This document shows positions 18,687 through 28,950 of a stretch of DNA of 64,000 nt, piece after piece (position 1 is the first letter of the stretch; every line of letters begins with the position of its first letter). The notes beneath the pieces were generated by a model, which had not been told where the DNA came from, searched no databases, and saw only the letters and a list, made by a program, of their open reading frames with translations. The translations under genes were made by a program, and so were the position numbers. The stretch spans positions 78,012 through 142,011 of the forward strand of contig CALXMN010000001.1 of assembly GCA_944389495.1 (NCBI GenBank). Direction: 5' to 3'. Source of the stretch: an uncultured Alphaproteobacteria bacterium (GTDB lineage: Bacteria; Pseudomonadota; Alphaproteobacteria; Rs-D84).

Positions 18687-19232
18687 ATGTTCTTAAAAAC
18701 AAAAATAGGTTTAACGGTTTTTGCTTTATATGAAATATTGGCCGTGTTATTGTTGCATTGTCCGAATACGTGTAATTGGATGTTTGGGTTGTCGTTTTGT
18801 GCGGATTCTGTATTAAAGTACTTTATATGGTGTATTGCGGTTCCGTTGGTTGTATTTTTAATTGTGATGTGGATAATGGAAATAATTCGTCGAATCCGTC
18901 GCCGTCGTTCATTGTTGTACAAGGCGCGACACGCGGTTCGTAATATGGCGTCAAACATACGTGATCGTGTATCTGAATCAATATCTTCGGGCGATATGGA
19001 AAAATTAATATCGGTGGCATTGGTTGCAGGGCTCAAGAAATATTCGGCCAAGAATCCGCGTGCGCATCGCCTTTTGAACGAGATAATGTCCGGTACCCCA
19101 GACAACATAGATGTGGAATACAGTGAATATGAAGACGATGATGATGATTATGATATGTATGAAGAAGAATACGCTTCACCATCCAGGTCTACATCCAAAC
19201 CGCAAAAGAAATCAAAAACAAAAAAACAGTAA
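18687..19232 (+). CDS. Hypothetical membrane protein with an acidic Glu/Asp/Tyr-rich tail
   Basis: Two TM helices, an RRIRRRR stop-transfer segment, and a DDDDDYDMYEEEY tail. A GGAGAG ribosome-binding site precedes it. Confidence 0.4.
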   Translation: MFLKTKIGLTVFALYEILAVLLLHCPNTCNWMFGLSFCADSVLKYFIWCIAVPLVVFLIVMWIMEIIRRIRRRRSLLYKARHAVRNMASNIRDRVSESISSGDMEKLISVALVAGLKKYSAKNPRAHRLLNEIMSGTPDNIDVEYSEYEDDDDDYDMYEEEYASPSRSTSKPQKKSKTKKQ

Positions 19233-19245
19233 ACCCAAAAAACAG

Positions 19246-19271
19246 CCGCCCGAATGGGCGGTTGGTTTTTT
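19246..19271 (+). terminator. Rho-independent terminator
   Basis: CCGCCCGAATGGGCGG plus TTGGTTTTTT. Confidence 0.55.
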
Positions 19272-19450
19272 GTGGCAACGCTTTGTGTGGGTATAATATT
19301 TTATAAATATGATTACGGGTTGAGTGTTTTTTATTCTGGTTTTATCAAATCTGTAAAACAAATCGCGAATACTTATACTTTTTATATTGTTAATCCCGGT
19401 CTATTTGCGGGGCGGCGTTCAAAACAGTTTATATATTTTATAATAAAAAA

Positions 19451-19470
19451 TCCCCAATATAGGGGACATA
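19451..19470 (-). terminator. Terminator hairpin downstream of tRNA-Thr
   Basis: TCCCCAATATAGGGGA followed by a T-run on the minus strand. Confidence 0.5.
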
Positions 19471-19473
19471 TTC

Positions 19474-19549
19474 TGGTGCCGGATGTCGGACTTGAACCAA
19501 CGACCTACTGATTACAAATCAGCCGCTCTACCAACTGAGCTAATCCGGC
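19474..19549 (-). tRNA. tRNA-Thr (anticodon TGT)
   Basis: Hand-folded. The reverse complement reads GCCGGATTAGCTCAGTTGGTAGAGC...CTGATTTGTAATCAG...GGTTCAAGTCCGACATCCGGCACCA. It has a 7-nt anticodon loop TTTGTAA, a T-loop, and an encoded CCA. Confidence 0.85.
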
Positions 19550-19559
19550 AACGTGCTTT

Positions 19560-19588
19560 ACTATACATTGTGGGCACGCGAATTTCAA
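19560..19588 (-). promoter_or_regulatory. Promoter TTGAAA-17-TATAGT for tRNA-Thr
   Basis: Read on the minus strand, ending 10 nt upstream of the mature tRNA 5' end. Confidence 0.5.
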
Positions 19589-19646
19589 GTCAAAAAATTC
19601 ATAATTTACTTGCAAAGTGCAATTTTGTGCGGAAAATATAATTACT

Positions 19647-20891
19647 ATGATTAAATTACCTGAATTATTGGCTCCGGCGGGTACGCTGGATGCGTTTAAG
19701 ACGGCCATTTTATATGGTGCGGATGCAATTTATGCGGGGCTGCCGGGGTTTTCTATGCGTGCGCGTGCAAAAATCACTGCGCAAGAGGTGCGTGCCGGCA
19801 TAGATTTGGCACACGCGGCGGGGCGTAAAGTATATTTGGCGTTTAATTTGTTTGCGCACGAACGCGATTTTGCAAATATGGATCGCGTCGCCGAAACTAT
19901 ACGTTACCTGTGCCCCGATGCGTTAATCGTATCGGACCCGGGTGTGATGATGTGGGTTCGTGATAATTTCCCAGATATGCCGATACATATTTCAACCCAG
20001 GCAAATATTTGTTCGGCGCAATCGGTTAAGTTTTGGCAACGTGCGGGTGCACGTCTGTGTGTGCTTGCGCGTGAAGTGTCGCATAACGAGTTCAAGATAA
20101 TCCGCGAAAAGTGTCCAGATATAGGATTGGAAATATTTGTTCACGGTGCGATGTGTATGAGTTATTCGGGGCGTTGCCTGTTATCTAATTTTATAACGGG
20201 GCGCCCCGCCAATCGTGGTGCCTGTGCCCAGTTATGTCGATGGAAATATGATGTTATTTTACGTGAATGTGCCACCGGTACAGAAATGCCAATCGAAGAA
20301 GATTCGCGTGGCGCATACATTATGAATGCACGTGATTTATGCCTGATGCCGCGGTTGCGTGATGTAATTGAATCGCGACCGGATTCTTTAAAGATAGAGG
20401 GCCGCAATCGCAGTGAATATTATGTTGGCGCCGTTGTGCACGCATACCGTTGTGCGTTGGATGCATATGCGCGTGATCCGGCGGGATTTAATCCTGGGCC
20501 ATATATGGCTGAGTTGGAACGATTGGAAACGCGCGGATATACAACGGCATTTTTTGATGGGTCGGTTGGTCCCGATGCCCAGAATTATGAAACCGCGCGT
20601 TCGTCATCTGAATGGCACGCGGCGGGCGTTATTACATCGCGCAATTCCGATGCGATTGTATTCGAGTTGCGTAATGCGATTTGCGCCGGTTCCAAGATAC
20701 ATTTTATTATCCCCGGCCAAGATACGTCTGTGTCCGTTGATTTACCGCAAATCATAAATGCCAAGACGGGTGATATTGTTCCGAAACTGTCTGCGGGTCA
20801 ACATAACAGTTTAATTATTCCGCGTAATTGGATTGATGCGTCGGCATACGAAAAATTGGTTCCGTATGTTTTGGCGTACGCACATAAATAA
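19647..20891 (+). CDS. Peptidase U32 family protein
   Basis: MIKLPELLAPAGTLDAFKTAILYGADAIYAGLPGFSMRARA is the canonical U32 N-terminus. The C-terminal region is Cys-containing. Confidence 0.8.
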   Translation: MIKLPELLAPAGTLDAFKTAILYGADAIYAGLPGFSMRARAKITAQEVRAGIDLAHAAGRKVYLAFNLFAHERDFANMDRVAETIRYLCPDALIVSDPGVMMWVRDNFPDMPIHISTQANICSAQSVKFWQRAGARLCVLAREVSHNEFKIIREKCPDIGLEIFVHGAMCMSYSGRCLLSNFITGRPANRGACAQLCRWKYDVILRECATGTEMPIEEDSRGAYIMNARDLCLMPRLRDVIESRPDSLKIEGRNRSEYYVGAVVHAYRCALDAYARDPAGFNPGPYMAELERLETRGYTTAFFDGSVGPDAQNYETARSSSEWHAAGVITSRNSDAIVFELRNAICAGSKIHFIIPGQDTSVSVDLPQIINAKTGDIVPKLSAGQHNSLIIPRNWIDASAYEKLVPYVLAYAHK

Positions 20892-20892
20892 G

Positions 20893-20926
20893 AATCCCGT
20901 GGTTTTAACCCACGGGATTTTTTTTA
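20893..20926. terminator. Bidirectional terminator between convergent genes
   Basis: ATCCCGTGG-TTTTAAC-CCACGGGAT plus T8. Confidence 0.65.
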
Positions 20927-22918
20927 CCACAGTTTTACACGTTGGTCTGGTTCGATATACATTTTATCATCTGGCGTGATATTAAACGCTTCGTACCAGG
21001 CATTGATATGCGGTAATATTCCGTTAACGCGCCATTGTCCCAAAGAGTGTTCGTCTGTTTTCGTTTGTTGTAATGCGGCCGCATCGCGAATATTTTGTGC
21101 CCACACCCCGGCATATGCGATAAAGAATCTTTGGTCGGGGGTTAATTCTGCAACCGTATTGCTTGGTCGGCCAAAGTTTTTATATGCGGTATAAGATACT
21201 GTAATTCCGCCATAGTCGGCCAAATTTTCGCCCAGTGTAAATTCGCCATTTGCGTTTACCCCCGGTGCAATTTCTATTTTATCAAAGAAATCCCGCATAA
21301 CGTTTGCGCGTGTGGTAAATCCGTCTGCGTCCGCGGCGGTCCACCAATCGCGCAGATTTCCATTCGCATCAAATTGGCGGCCGGAATCGTCATATCCGTG
21401 TGTCATTTCGTGTCCTATGACGCTGCCGATTGCGCCATAGTTAAACGCATCATCGGCCGACATATCAAAGAACGGATATTGCAAAATTCCCGCGGGAAAA
21501 CATATTTCGTTTGTTGATGGGTCATAGTATGCATTAACCTCGTGTGCATTCATATACCAAATGGACGGATCTTTTTTCTGGCCGATTTTTTCGATCCAAA
21601 ATGCGTCTTCAAATTCTGCAACACGTACAATATTTTCCCACAAAGATACATCGGCACTGATGTTCAGTTTTGAATAGTCGCGCCATTTGTCTGGGTACCC
21701 AATTTTTGCGTGAAACGTGTCCAGTTTTTCCAATGCGCGTTTTTTTGTTTCATCAGACATCCATTCCAGGCCTTTGATTCGCATTCCTAATGCGCGTTGA
21801 AGATTTTTAACCAATTGTTGCATACGTTCCTTGGCGTCATTTGGAAAATATTTGTTAACATACAGGTGCCCAATTTCTTCGCCCAAGGTTCCGTCCAGTA
21901 ATGCAACCGCGCGTTTCCAACGTGGTTTTTGTTCCATCTGGCCTGCCATAGTACGGTTATAGAAATCAAAAGATATTTCATACGTTTCGTCATCCAGCAA
22001 AGAATCCGCCGCACTGATTATACGATATTTCAGATAGTCGCGAATTAATTCCAAATCTGTATCATTAATAATGGCAATCGATTCGGTAATTGCCTCGGGC
22101 TGGTTTATATTAATTTCTGTTGCGGCGGTGGCACCACGTGCGTCCAGGTACACGTCCCAATCAAAATTTGGAAACTGTTTTTTTACATCCGCCACGGTCA
22201 TTTTGTGATAGTTTGCGTTTGGGTTACGTAATTTTTCTTTGGGATAAAACGATCGTGCCATACGTTCTTCCAGTTCGTATATTTTATTTGCGTCCGCATT
22301 AATTCCAAAATTTTTTAATTGCTTTGCAATAAATTCGTGGTATTTTTTGCGAATTTCGATTGATTTTTCATCTTTGTCAAAAAAGTAATCACGCGACAGA
22401 CCAATTCCACCCTGGCCAATATTATACAGATAGTATTCGCTGTTTTTTTCATCCAGTGCCACGCCATCGCCCCAGAATGCAGATGAAAATCTGTGCATTT
22501 TCCCAAGGTATTTTGGTAAATCATTTACCGATTTAATATTGTCTATTTCATTAAAATATGGTTTTACAGGTTGTGTTCCATCGGCGTTTAATTTATCTGC
22601 ATTCATTGCAATTGCATACAGCGTGCCAATTTTTCCGGTATCTGTTTCCGCGATTTCACGCACCCGCCCGATATTTGTGTCGTGCAAAATTTCAAATGCG
22701 CCATATCGTGTATAGTCGGCCGGAATCGGGTTTTCGCGTCGCCACCCCAGTGTTGCATAATCAAAGAAATTATCGCCCGGACGTACAGATGTGTCCATAT
22801 TTTCAACCCTGATACCGATGTTCATAACTTGCTCCTTTCCTTTTGTTATAATGTATGCCGCGACGATGGCAATTACAACGGCAATTATTCCGATAAAGTT
22901 TAAAATTTTATGTTGCAT
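20924..22918 (-). CDS. pepO: M13-family zinc metalloendopeptidase (PepO/neprilysin-like) with an N-terminal membrane anchor
   Basis: The HExxH motif reads VIGHEMTHGYDD, with ENIADxGG and NAYY motifs. There is an N-terminal TM helix. Confidence 0.8.
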   Translation of the reverse strand: MQHKILNFIGIIAVVIAIVAAYIITKGKEQVMNIGIRVENMDTSVRPGDNFFDYATLGWRRENPIPADYTRYGAFEILHDTNIGRVREIAETDTGKIGTLYAIAMNADKLNADGTQPVKPYFNEIDNIKSVNDLPKYLGKMHRFSSAFWGDGVALDEKNSEYYLYNIGQGGIGLSRDYFFDKDEKSIEIRKKYHEFIAKQLKNFGINADANKIYELEERMARSFYPKEKLRNPNANYHKMTVADVKKQFPNFDWDVYLDARGATAATEININQPEAITESIAIINDTDLELIRDYLKYRIISAADSLLDDETYEISFDFYNRTMAGQMEQKPRWKRAVALLDGTLGEEIGHLYVNKYFPNDAKERMQQLVKNLQRALGMRIKGLEWMSDETKKRALEKLDTFHAKIGYPDKWRDYSKLNISADVSLWENIVRVAEFEDAFWIEKIGQKKDPSIWYMNAHEVNAYYDPSTNEICFPAGILQYPFFDMSADDAFNYGAIGSVIGHEMTHGYDDSGRQFDANGNLRDWWTAADADGFTTRANVMRDFFDKIEIAPGVNANGEFTLGENLADYGGITVSYTAYKNFGRPSNTVAELTPDQRFFIAYAGVWAQNIRDAAALQQTKTDEHSLGQWRVNGILPHINAWYEAFNITPDDKMYIEPDQRVKLW

Positions 22919-23981
22919 TTTCTGTCCTTGTTATATTTAACACCACGTCATCCAGGACCAACATCCCGCGTTTTGTCGCGGCAATACGCCCGCTATCAGT
23001 GATGTGAACCAATTCTGGATTTTTGTATATGTAATCCATATTTATTATTTTTTTTACCATCGTGTCAAGATAAACCCCACGCACCGTACGCATACCTGTT
23101 ATAACACGTTCTGTGGCGCGTGTCGCATTACGCATTTTTTCAAATTGCACCCCATCCCCCAGTTGTTCGTACCATACATTATTAATCAGAACGCGTCCCG
23201 CCGCGCCGCGTCCAATACCGATATATGGTTCCCCATCCCATACATTAAGATTATGTTTGCATTCGCTGCCTGTGACGGCATAGTTTGAAACCTCGTACCG
23301 GGGCAGGTTTAATGTTTTTTCAATTGCCATATACATATCGGCCATTTTTTCGTTTGATGGCATATCAAGATTCTTTTTTGCAAATGGTGTGCCCGGTTCC
23401 AGGGTCAGTTCATACATCGAACAATGTTTAAGTGCGATATTATTTATTTCGTTGCATAATTTTATAATGTCCGAAACATCATCGCCCGGCAATCCGTATA
23501 TAAAGTCCGCGCTGTACCGAATTCCGCATCGTTCTGCTGCGGCCAGCAAGTTTATCGCATCGCGTGCACTGTGACGTCGCCCAAGGAATGACAATTTTTT
23601 ATCATCAAAAGATTGTACACCCACCGACAGACGATTTACCCCGGCGTTTGTAAAAGCGTTCAACTTATCGTTGTCGATTGTTCCCGGGTTTGATTCCAGT
23701 GTGATTTCACAATTTGTATCAACATTAAAATTTTGGCATAATTTTTGTATTATTTTTTCAAATACTTTGACCGGCATCAGCGAAGGCGTTCCACCGCCAA
23801 AAAATATTGTTGGCACATCAAAGCGTCCCAATATGTTTGTCCAGTGGTCTATTTCGTTTATCGTTTTATTTGCATATGCGTCCCAATCCGGGGCGGCACA
23901 GGCGCGTGAAAAAAAAGCACAGTAATTGCACTTGGAAATGCAATACGGCACGTGGATATAGATATTATGTGGAACCGTCAT
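22908..23981 (-). CDS. hemW: Radical-SAM HemW/HemN-like protein
   Basis: YIHVPYCISKCNYCAF (CxxxCxxC) and FFGGGTPS motifs. It overlaps the pepO start by 11 nt, so the two form an operon. Confidence 0.75.
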   Translation of the reverse strand: MTVPHNIYIHVPYCISKCNYCAFFSRACAAPDWDAYANKTINEIDHWTNILGRFDVPTIFFGGGTPSLMPVKVFEKIIQKLCQNFNVDTNCEITLESNPGTIDNDKLNAFTNAGVNRLSVGVQSFDDKKLSFLGRRHSARDAINLLAAAERCGIRYSADFIYGLPGDDVSDIIKLCNEINNIALKHCSMYELTLEPGTPFAKKNLDMPSNEKMADMYMAIEKTLNLPRYEVSNYAVTGSECKHNLNVWDGEPYIGIGRGAAGRVLINNVWYEQLGDGVQFEKMRNATRATERVITGMRTVRGVYLDTMVKKIINMDYIYKNPELVHITDSGRIAATKRGMLVLDDVVLNITRTENAT

Positions 23982-24093
23982 ACGGCGTATTTTATATTAA
24001 AAAACCTGGAAATCCAGTTTTTGATTGGTTATATAAAAAAAGTACTTTTCATACAAATATTTTTTATGCTAAAATATCCATAACAATGTAGGT

Positions 24094-25575
24094 ATGAATA
24101 CAGGAAAGTTTGCATTTTTATGCGGAATTTTAATTCCCGTCGTGGCCACTGCGTCGAACGAAGGGGTGCCGTCTTATTATCAAACAAACAATACCACAAC
24201 GGTTAATCGTGCGGCGTACGGTAAATACGCAGACCAGGGATATACCCAATACGTTGGCCAGTCTGGAAATAAACAGATTGTCGGTTCCCAGACCACAACG
24301 TACCAGGTGCCACGTCCAACCGCACCGTCAACAAATGTTATTGGCACGATGACGCCAAACGGCATTGCGATGCCGACCGAAGATCGAACAACACTGTATG
24401 CAACATATACGCGTCGTTTTGCGGATTTTGAATTCAAGACGGGTGTAAATTCTGTCTTGGAATGGGATGATATGGTTTTTAATGAAATTGGCGTCGGGAT
24501 TCAGCACAATTTCAGTATTCGTAATTTTGATATGTTTGCATATGGCGAATACAGTATGGGTTTTATGTCGCACGGCGGTATGTCAATGGATTATGATTTG
24601 GAACCGTACGATTCGTCTGATCCGTATAATGGCATATTTACGATTTCTGTGGGTGACCAGACGGGGCGTACCAATCATTTTCGTGTTGGCATTGGTGCGC
24701 ATCATATTTGGGATTTGGGCGGGTGGAAAATATCGCCTTCGTTTGGGTATGAAATATTTAATCATAACTTGGAAATGTCCGATCATTATTATCCGAATCC
24801 TGGCATATTCTTGCCATTAATGACGGCCAACGGTGATTATGTATACGGCGACCTGAACGGAACGTATTATTCTGTCCCAATTAATGTAGAGGCACCCGAG
24901 GATTGGTACCAAGTATGTATGTCGCCCGAAGACATTAAATTGGTCCAGACATCAAATTCTGGGGCAATATGGGAAATTGGAACATCGCTTGTTACGGGTG
25001 ATTATAATCCGGATATGGGGTATGTTCCGTGGGGTGTTGATGCGGGCGAGTGTGTGGTTATCGGTGGCGATGGCCCGGTAATAGTAGAAGGAACAACCCA
25101 TATATATAATACAACGTGGTCTGGTTTTTATATCGGTTTGGAAATTGAAAAACAAATGACCCTTGCGGACAAGTTGCGTTTTTATTTCCAGGTTGGTTTG
25201 CCGCACTATTCATCCGAAGGTACGTGGCCAAATCGTACGGATTGGCAACAAAACCCCAGTTTTATTGACGAAGGTAATAACGGATCCTATTCTTATGCGG
25301 CGGAAATGGAATATAATTATCGTATATCTGACCGTATGCAATTGGCGATCAAGGTTGACACCAATTTATTCCACGTTGGTGCGATTGGTGGCGAATTGTA
25401 TTTGGCGGAATACAGCCAATGGTTGGTTGATGAAAACGGATATTATATTTTGGATGATAATGGGCTGCCTATTTTGGAAACCGTCCCAGCCAGTACAGAG
25501 TATATAAGTGATCAACTGGATCACGCCACGTGGCAGTCGTTCGGTTTACATATTGGATTAAAGTATTCTTTCTGA
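24094..25575 (+). CDS. Putative outer-membrane beta-barrel protein (493 aa)
   Basis: Signal peptide, Tyr/Gly/Trp-rich sequence, and a C-terminal ...GLKYSF. Confidence 0.45.
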   Translation: MNTGKFAFLCGILIPVVATASNEGVPSYYQTNNTTTVNRAAYGKYADQGYTQYVGQSGNKQIVGSQTTTYQVPRPTAPSTNVIGTMTPNGIAMPTEDRTTLYATYTRRFADFEFKTGVNSVLEWDDMVFNEIGVGIQHNFSIRNFDMFAYGEYSMGFMSHGGMSMDYDLEPYDSSDPYNGIFTISVGDQTGRTNHFRVGIGAHHIWDLGGWKISPSFGYEIFNHNLEMSDHYYPNPGIFLPLMTANGDYVYGDLNGTYYSVPINVEAPEDWYQVCMSPEDIKLVQTSNSGAIWEIGTSLVTGDYNPDMGYVPWGVDAGECVVIGGDGPVIVEGTTHIYNTTWSGFYIGLEIEKQMTLADKLRFYFQVGLPHYSSEGTWPNRTDWQQNPSFIDEGNNGSYSYAAEMEYNYRISDRMQLAIKVDTNLFHVGAIGGELYLAEYSQWLVDENGYYILDDNGLPILETVPASTEYISDQLDHATWQSFGLHIGLKYSF

Positions 25576-25587
25576 TGGGGGTGCGCT

Positions 25588-26658
25588 ATGGCAAGACGCG
25601 ACTTAATCGCACGCCTGGTGGGCGCTGTGATGGTAATGTTGATACCGATGACGGCGACGGCCGAACGCGGTGTATTTGATGTTGAACGTTGGTATGAAAT
25701 TTTGGATACTGTGCGTACACGTGCCACGGCGAACGGTGTTTCTGATGATACGATTGATGCCACATTAAAATATCCGGTCTTTATCCCATCTATTGTAAAA
25801 AGCGATAGAAACCAGGCAGAATTTAAATTAACACTGGATGAATATCTGGCGCGTACGGTAAATTCGCGCCGTATTAAAAACGGTTTGGAAATGCGTGCGA
25901 CATATCCAACAATGCTGTCGCGGGTTGAACAAAAATACGGGGTCCAGCAACACGTTATTTTGGCGTTTTGGGGTCTGGAATCAAACTATGGTTCGTATCG
26001 TGCGGCGCATAAATTAACGGATGCATTTTTAACCTTGATGTACGAGGGGCGTCGTGAAACGTTCTTTGGGAACCAGTTATTGGCACTGATGAAAATTGCC
26101 GATGATAATAATCTGGACATAAATGATATTCGTGGCAGTTGGGCGGGTGCGATGGGGCATTTCCAGTTTATTCCGACAACATTGGCGCAATATGGTGCGG
26201 ATGGTAATGGTGACGGTCGGATTGATATAATACACAGTGTTGGCGACGCAATGTTCAGTGCGGGAAATTATTTGCACAAATTGGGATGGAATCCGAACGA
26301 GCGTATTGTTCGTCGGGTTGCTGTTCCTGCGGACTTTGATATTGGTTTGATGGATGGTAAAACTAAAATGTCGCTGTCAGATTGGGCGATGATGGGAATA
26401 ACAAATCCGGATGGAACGCCAATTCCGATTGCAGATATGACGGCGGGATTGGTTGCGGATATAAAATTAATCCAGGAACAGCGTGCGGCGTCTGGGGCGG
26501 GGGTAACGTCGGATCCGAACGCGATTGATACAGATGTCGCGCCCCAGCCGGTTATATACGCATACTTAACGTATCCTAATTTTTATCGCATTAAAAAGTG
26601 GAACAGTTCAAATTGGTATGCAATTGCGATTGCGACATTGGCCGATGAATTAAAGTAA
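25588..26658 (+). CDS. mltB: Lytic murein transglycosylase B family
   Basis: The MltB/GH103 pattern is present (AFWGLESNYGSY, GAMGHFQFIP, DGNGDGRID EF-hand-like). Confidence 0.7.
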   Translation: MARRDLIARLVGAVMVMLIPMTATAERGVFDVERWYEILDTVRTRATANGVSDDTIDATLKYPVFIPSIVKSDRNQAEFKLTLDEYLARTVNSRRIKNGLEMRATYPTMLSRVEQKYGVQQHVILAFWGLESNYGSYRAAHKLTDAFLTLMYEGRRETFFGNQLLALMKIADDNNLDINDIRGSWAGAMGHFQFIPTTLAQYGADGNGDGRIDIIHSVGDAMFSAGNYLHKLGWNPNERIVRRVAVPADFDIGLMDGKTKMSLSDWAMMGITNPDGTPIPIADMTAGLVADIKLIQEQRAASGAGVTSDPNAIDTDVAPQPVIYAYLTYPNFYRIKKWNSSNWYAIAIATLADELK

Positions 26659-26728
26659 TAAAATAATTGAAAATGGCGGTTTTCTTTGGTATTCTTGATG
26701 TCATAGGTTTATCAAAAGGATTCTTTTA

Positions 26729-27688
26729 ATGGCTATTAAGGTTCGTGATTACGAGGTTCGTTTAACCCGCAACAAAGAAGAACGTCGCCAGGTGCGCGCC
26801 CTGCGTTACGAAGTTTTCGTAGAGGAAGAGGGCGCATCCGCCACCGAAGAGCAAAAAAATCTGCGTGAAGAATATGATGCGTTTGATAGATATGCGGAAT
26901 ATTTGGCGGTATTTCATAACGGGAAAATTGTTGGTACATATCGTATCATTGATCGTAATGCGGCCGACAAAATGGACGGTTTTTATACAGAATCTGAATT
27001 TAATATTTCCAAGATAAAAAAGGTTGATGGCAATATTGCCGAAATGTCACGTGCCTGTGTCCAGCGTGAATATCGTGACAATGCGTTGGTTATGCGTATG
27101 TTGTGGGCGGGATTGGGTGAATACATTGTTCGGCGCAAGATTGCAATTTTATTTGGTGTTGCATCTTGGGTCGGGACCAAGCCGGTTGAATCGGCCCAGG
27201 CAATATCATACTTGTACTATAACCACTTAACACCATTGGGGTTGCGTGCAACGGTGTTAAGCGAAAATTTTGCAGATGGTGTAAATCCGAAATTGTCGCG
27301 GATGAATATTTTGCCGCGTGAATTTGTTGATGAAAATGATGCACGTCATCAAATGACGCCATTGATTAAGGGCTATTTGCGTTTGGGCGCCACCTTTGGC
27401 AAGGGTGTATTTATCGACAAGGCATTTAATTCGTATGATGTGTTTGTAATGGTTCAAACCAAAAACATAGATGCCGCATACCAGAAACATTTCTTGGGTC
27501 GTGAAAATGCCTTGGCGGATCTGGATGTGCGCGACAATGCATTTAAAACTGTGGGCAAGATAATGTTATTGCCGGTAACGGGGTCGTTTAAAATGTTGCG
27601 TGCATTTTTTGAATTTTTATTGCGCGAAGATGCGGTTGATGCGGAATATATCGATGATTCCAAAGAAGATGGTGGGGATAAAGAATAA
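26729..27688 (+). CDS. olsB: Ornithine-lipid N-acyltransferase OlsB (GNAT-like)
   Basis: The N-terminus RLTRNKEERRQVRALRYEVFVEE... typifies the OlsB/hemolysin-like acyltransferase family. A PlsC-type gene follows. Confidence 0.65.
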   Translation: MAIKVRDYEVRLTRNKEERRQVRALRYEVFVEEEGASATEEQKNLREEYDAFDRYAEYLAVFHNGKIVGTYRIIDRNAADKMDGFYTESEFNISKIKKVDGNIAEMSRACVQREYRDNALVMRMLWAGLGEYIVRRKIAILFGVASWVGTKPVESAQAISYLYYNHLTPLGLRATVLSENFADGVNPKLSRMNILPREFVDENDARHQMTPLIKGYLRLGATFGKGVFIDKAFNSYDVFVMVQTKNIDAAYQKHFLGRENALADLDVRDNAFKTVGKIMLLPVTGSFKMLRAFFEFLLREDAVDAEYIDDSKEDGGDKE

Positions 27689-28515
27689 TGGGCGGTGTTC
27701 GCAAACAGAATATTTTTAATACAACGGGCGCGGTAATTAAATTCACGCTGTTTTGGATATTGGTTATTATTCAATTGCCGATATTATTGTTTTTGCCACG
27801 TGGTGCGACATCTGTAAAATATATGCGTTTTTTTATGCGTATATTGTTGTACATATCTGGTGTCCGCATTCGGGTTCACGGTCGTCTGTCGACACATCGT
27901 CCATTATTGGTAATATCAAATCATATATCGATTTTTGAAATTGCGACGTTCCCTGTTGCCTTTGGGGGCAGTTTTATTGCAAAAAAAGAAATGGAATCTT
28001 GGCCATTGGTTGGATGGGTTTCGCGCAAGTTTGGTGTTGTATTCATTGATCGTCGTCCGTCGCACGCAATGGATGCATTGGCCCAGGTTCAACAAACGGT
28101 TGCATCTGTATCTTATCCTGTATTTTTATTTCCCGAAGGTACCACGACAAATGGCGCGTATGTAAAGCCATTTAAAAGTACGCTGTTTAACTTTGTTGAA
28201 AATTCAGATGTTGTTGTTCAGCCGATGGTTATGAATTATCGCTATCGTGATGGTGGTGTAATCAGCGATACAGATATGGCGGAACACTTTGCGTATTTTA
28301 ATAATTCAAACCAGGATACAGGTCCCACGTGTTCGCGTGAACGCAGTGCCTTTGGCCAGGTGTTTCACATAATGATGCTGGGCGGATTTTTTGTTGAGTT
28401 AACGGTTATGCCGCCACCGTCATTGGCGGGTATGGACAGAAAGCAGATTGCAGAAACATTGCACAAAACAGTTTCTGAAAAATATATGGAATTAAAAAAT
28501 AAAACCGCAAAATAG
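27688..28515 (+). CDS. olsA: Lyso-ornithine-lipid O-acyltransferase OlsA (PlsC family)
   Basis: N-terminal TM helix, NHISIFE (HX4D/E-type) and FPEGTTT motifs. Its start overlaps the olsB stop (TAATG). Confidence 0.6.
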   Translation: MGGVRKQNIFNTTGAVIKFTLFWILVIIQLPILLFLPRGATSVKYMRFFMRILLYISGVRIRVHGRLSTHRPLLVISNHISIFEIATFPVAFGGSFIAKKEMESWPLVGWVSRKFGVVFIDRRPSHAMDALAQVQQTVASVSYPVFLFPEGTTTNGAYVKPFKSTLFNFVENSDVVVQPMVMNYRYRDGGVISDTDMAEHFAYFNNSNQDTGPTCSRERSAFGQVFHIMMLGGFFVELTVMPPPSLAGMDRKQIAETLHKTVSEKYMELKNKTAK

Positions 28516-28556
28516 ATTTATATACGGTTGAAAAATAAAAGGATTAATATTAATAT

Positions 28557-28586
28557 AAAAAAGTCCCACATTATGCGGGGCTTTTT
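28557..28586. terminator. Bidirectional hairpin with flanking T-runs
   Basis: AAAGTCCC-ACATTATGC-GGGGCTTT. Confidence 0.5.
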
Positions 28587-28599
28587 ATGTTTAATAAAT

Positions 28600-28935
28600 T
28601 CAATGATGTGCAATTAAATGTAAAATAACACTGGCAATAAATATCAGTGTAATAATTGCAACAATAATTTTTTGTATATGATGGCTGTGCCCGCTTTTAT
28701 CGTGACAATGGCTGCATTCACATTTACAGTCGTGTATAACCAAATACCACGACAGGCATAACATCAGGCCTGAAAATACGAACAGCCACGGTTCGACCCA
28801 ATGTGGTACAATTTCAGAATGCGCAAATTCGGGTGCAAACAAACTGACCACTGATAAAACAATGGGCAAAACACAACAAAACAGGTGCGGCAATAAACTG
28901 GCAATAATTCCAATTTTTATGGCTTTGTTTTTCAT
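28600..28935 (-). CDS. MerT-like three-TM metal-transport protein (orphan)
   Basis: Three TM helices. The first carries a vicinal CC (HLFCCVLPI). The loop after TM2 carries a Cys/His cluster (HDCKCECSHCHDKSGHSHH). The topology mirrors MerT. Confidence 0.35.
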   Translation of the reverse strand: MKNKAIKIGIIASLLPHLFCCVLPIVLSVVSLFAPEFAHSEIVPHWVEPWLFVFSGLMLCLSWYLVIHDCKCECSHCHDKSGHSHHIQKIIVAIITLIFIASVILHLIAHH

Positions 28936-28950
28936 TTATAAAATCTCCGT

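Noticed and set aside
19254-19708. ORFs 19254-19511 (+) and 19505-19708 (-), which overlap tRNA-Thr and its promoter.
   Set aside because: Same reason: the tRNA, its terminator and promoter account for the sequence.
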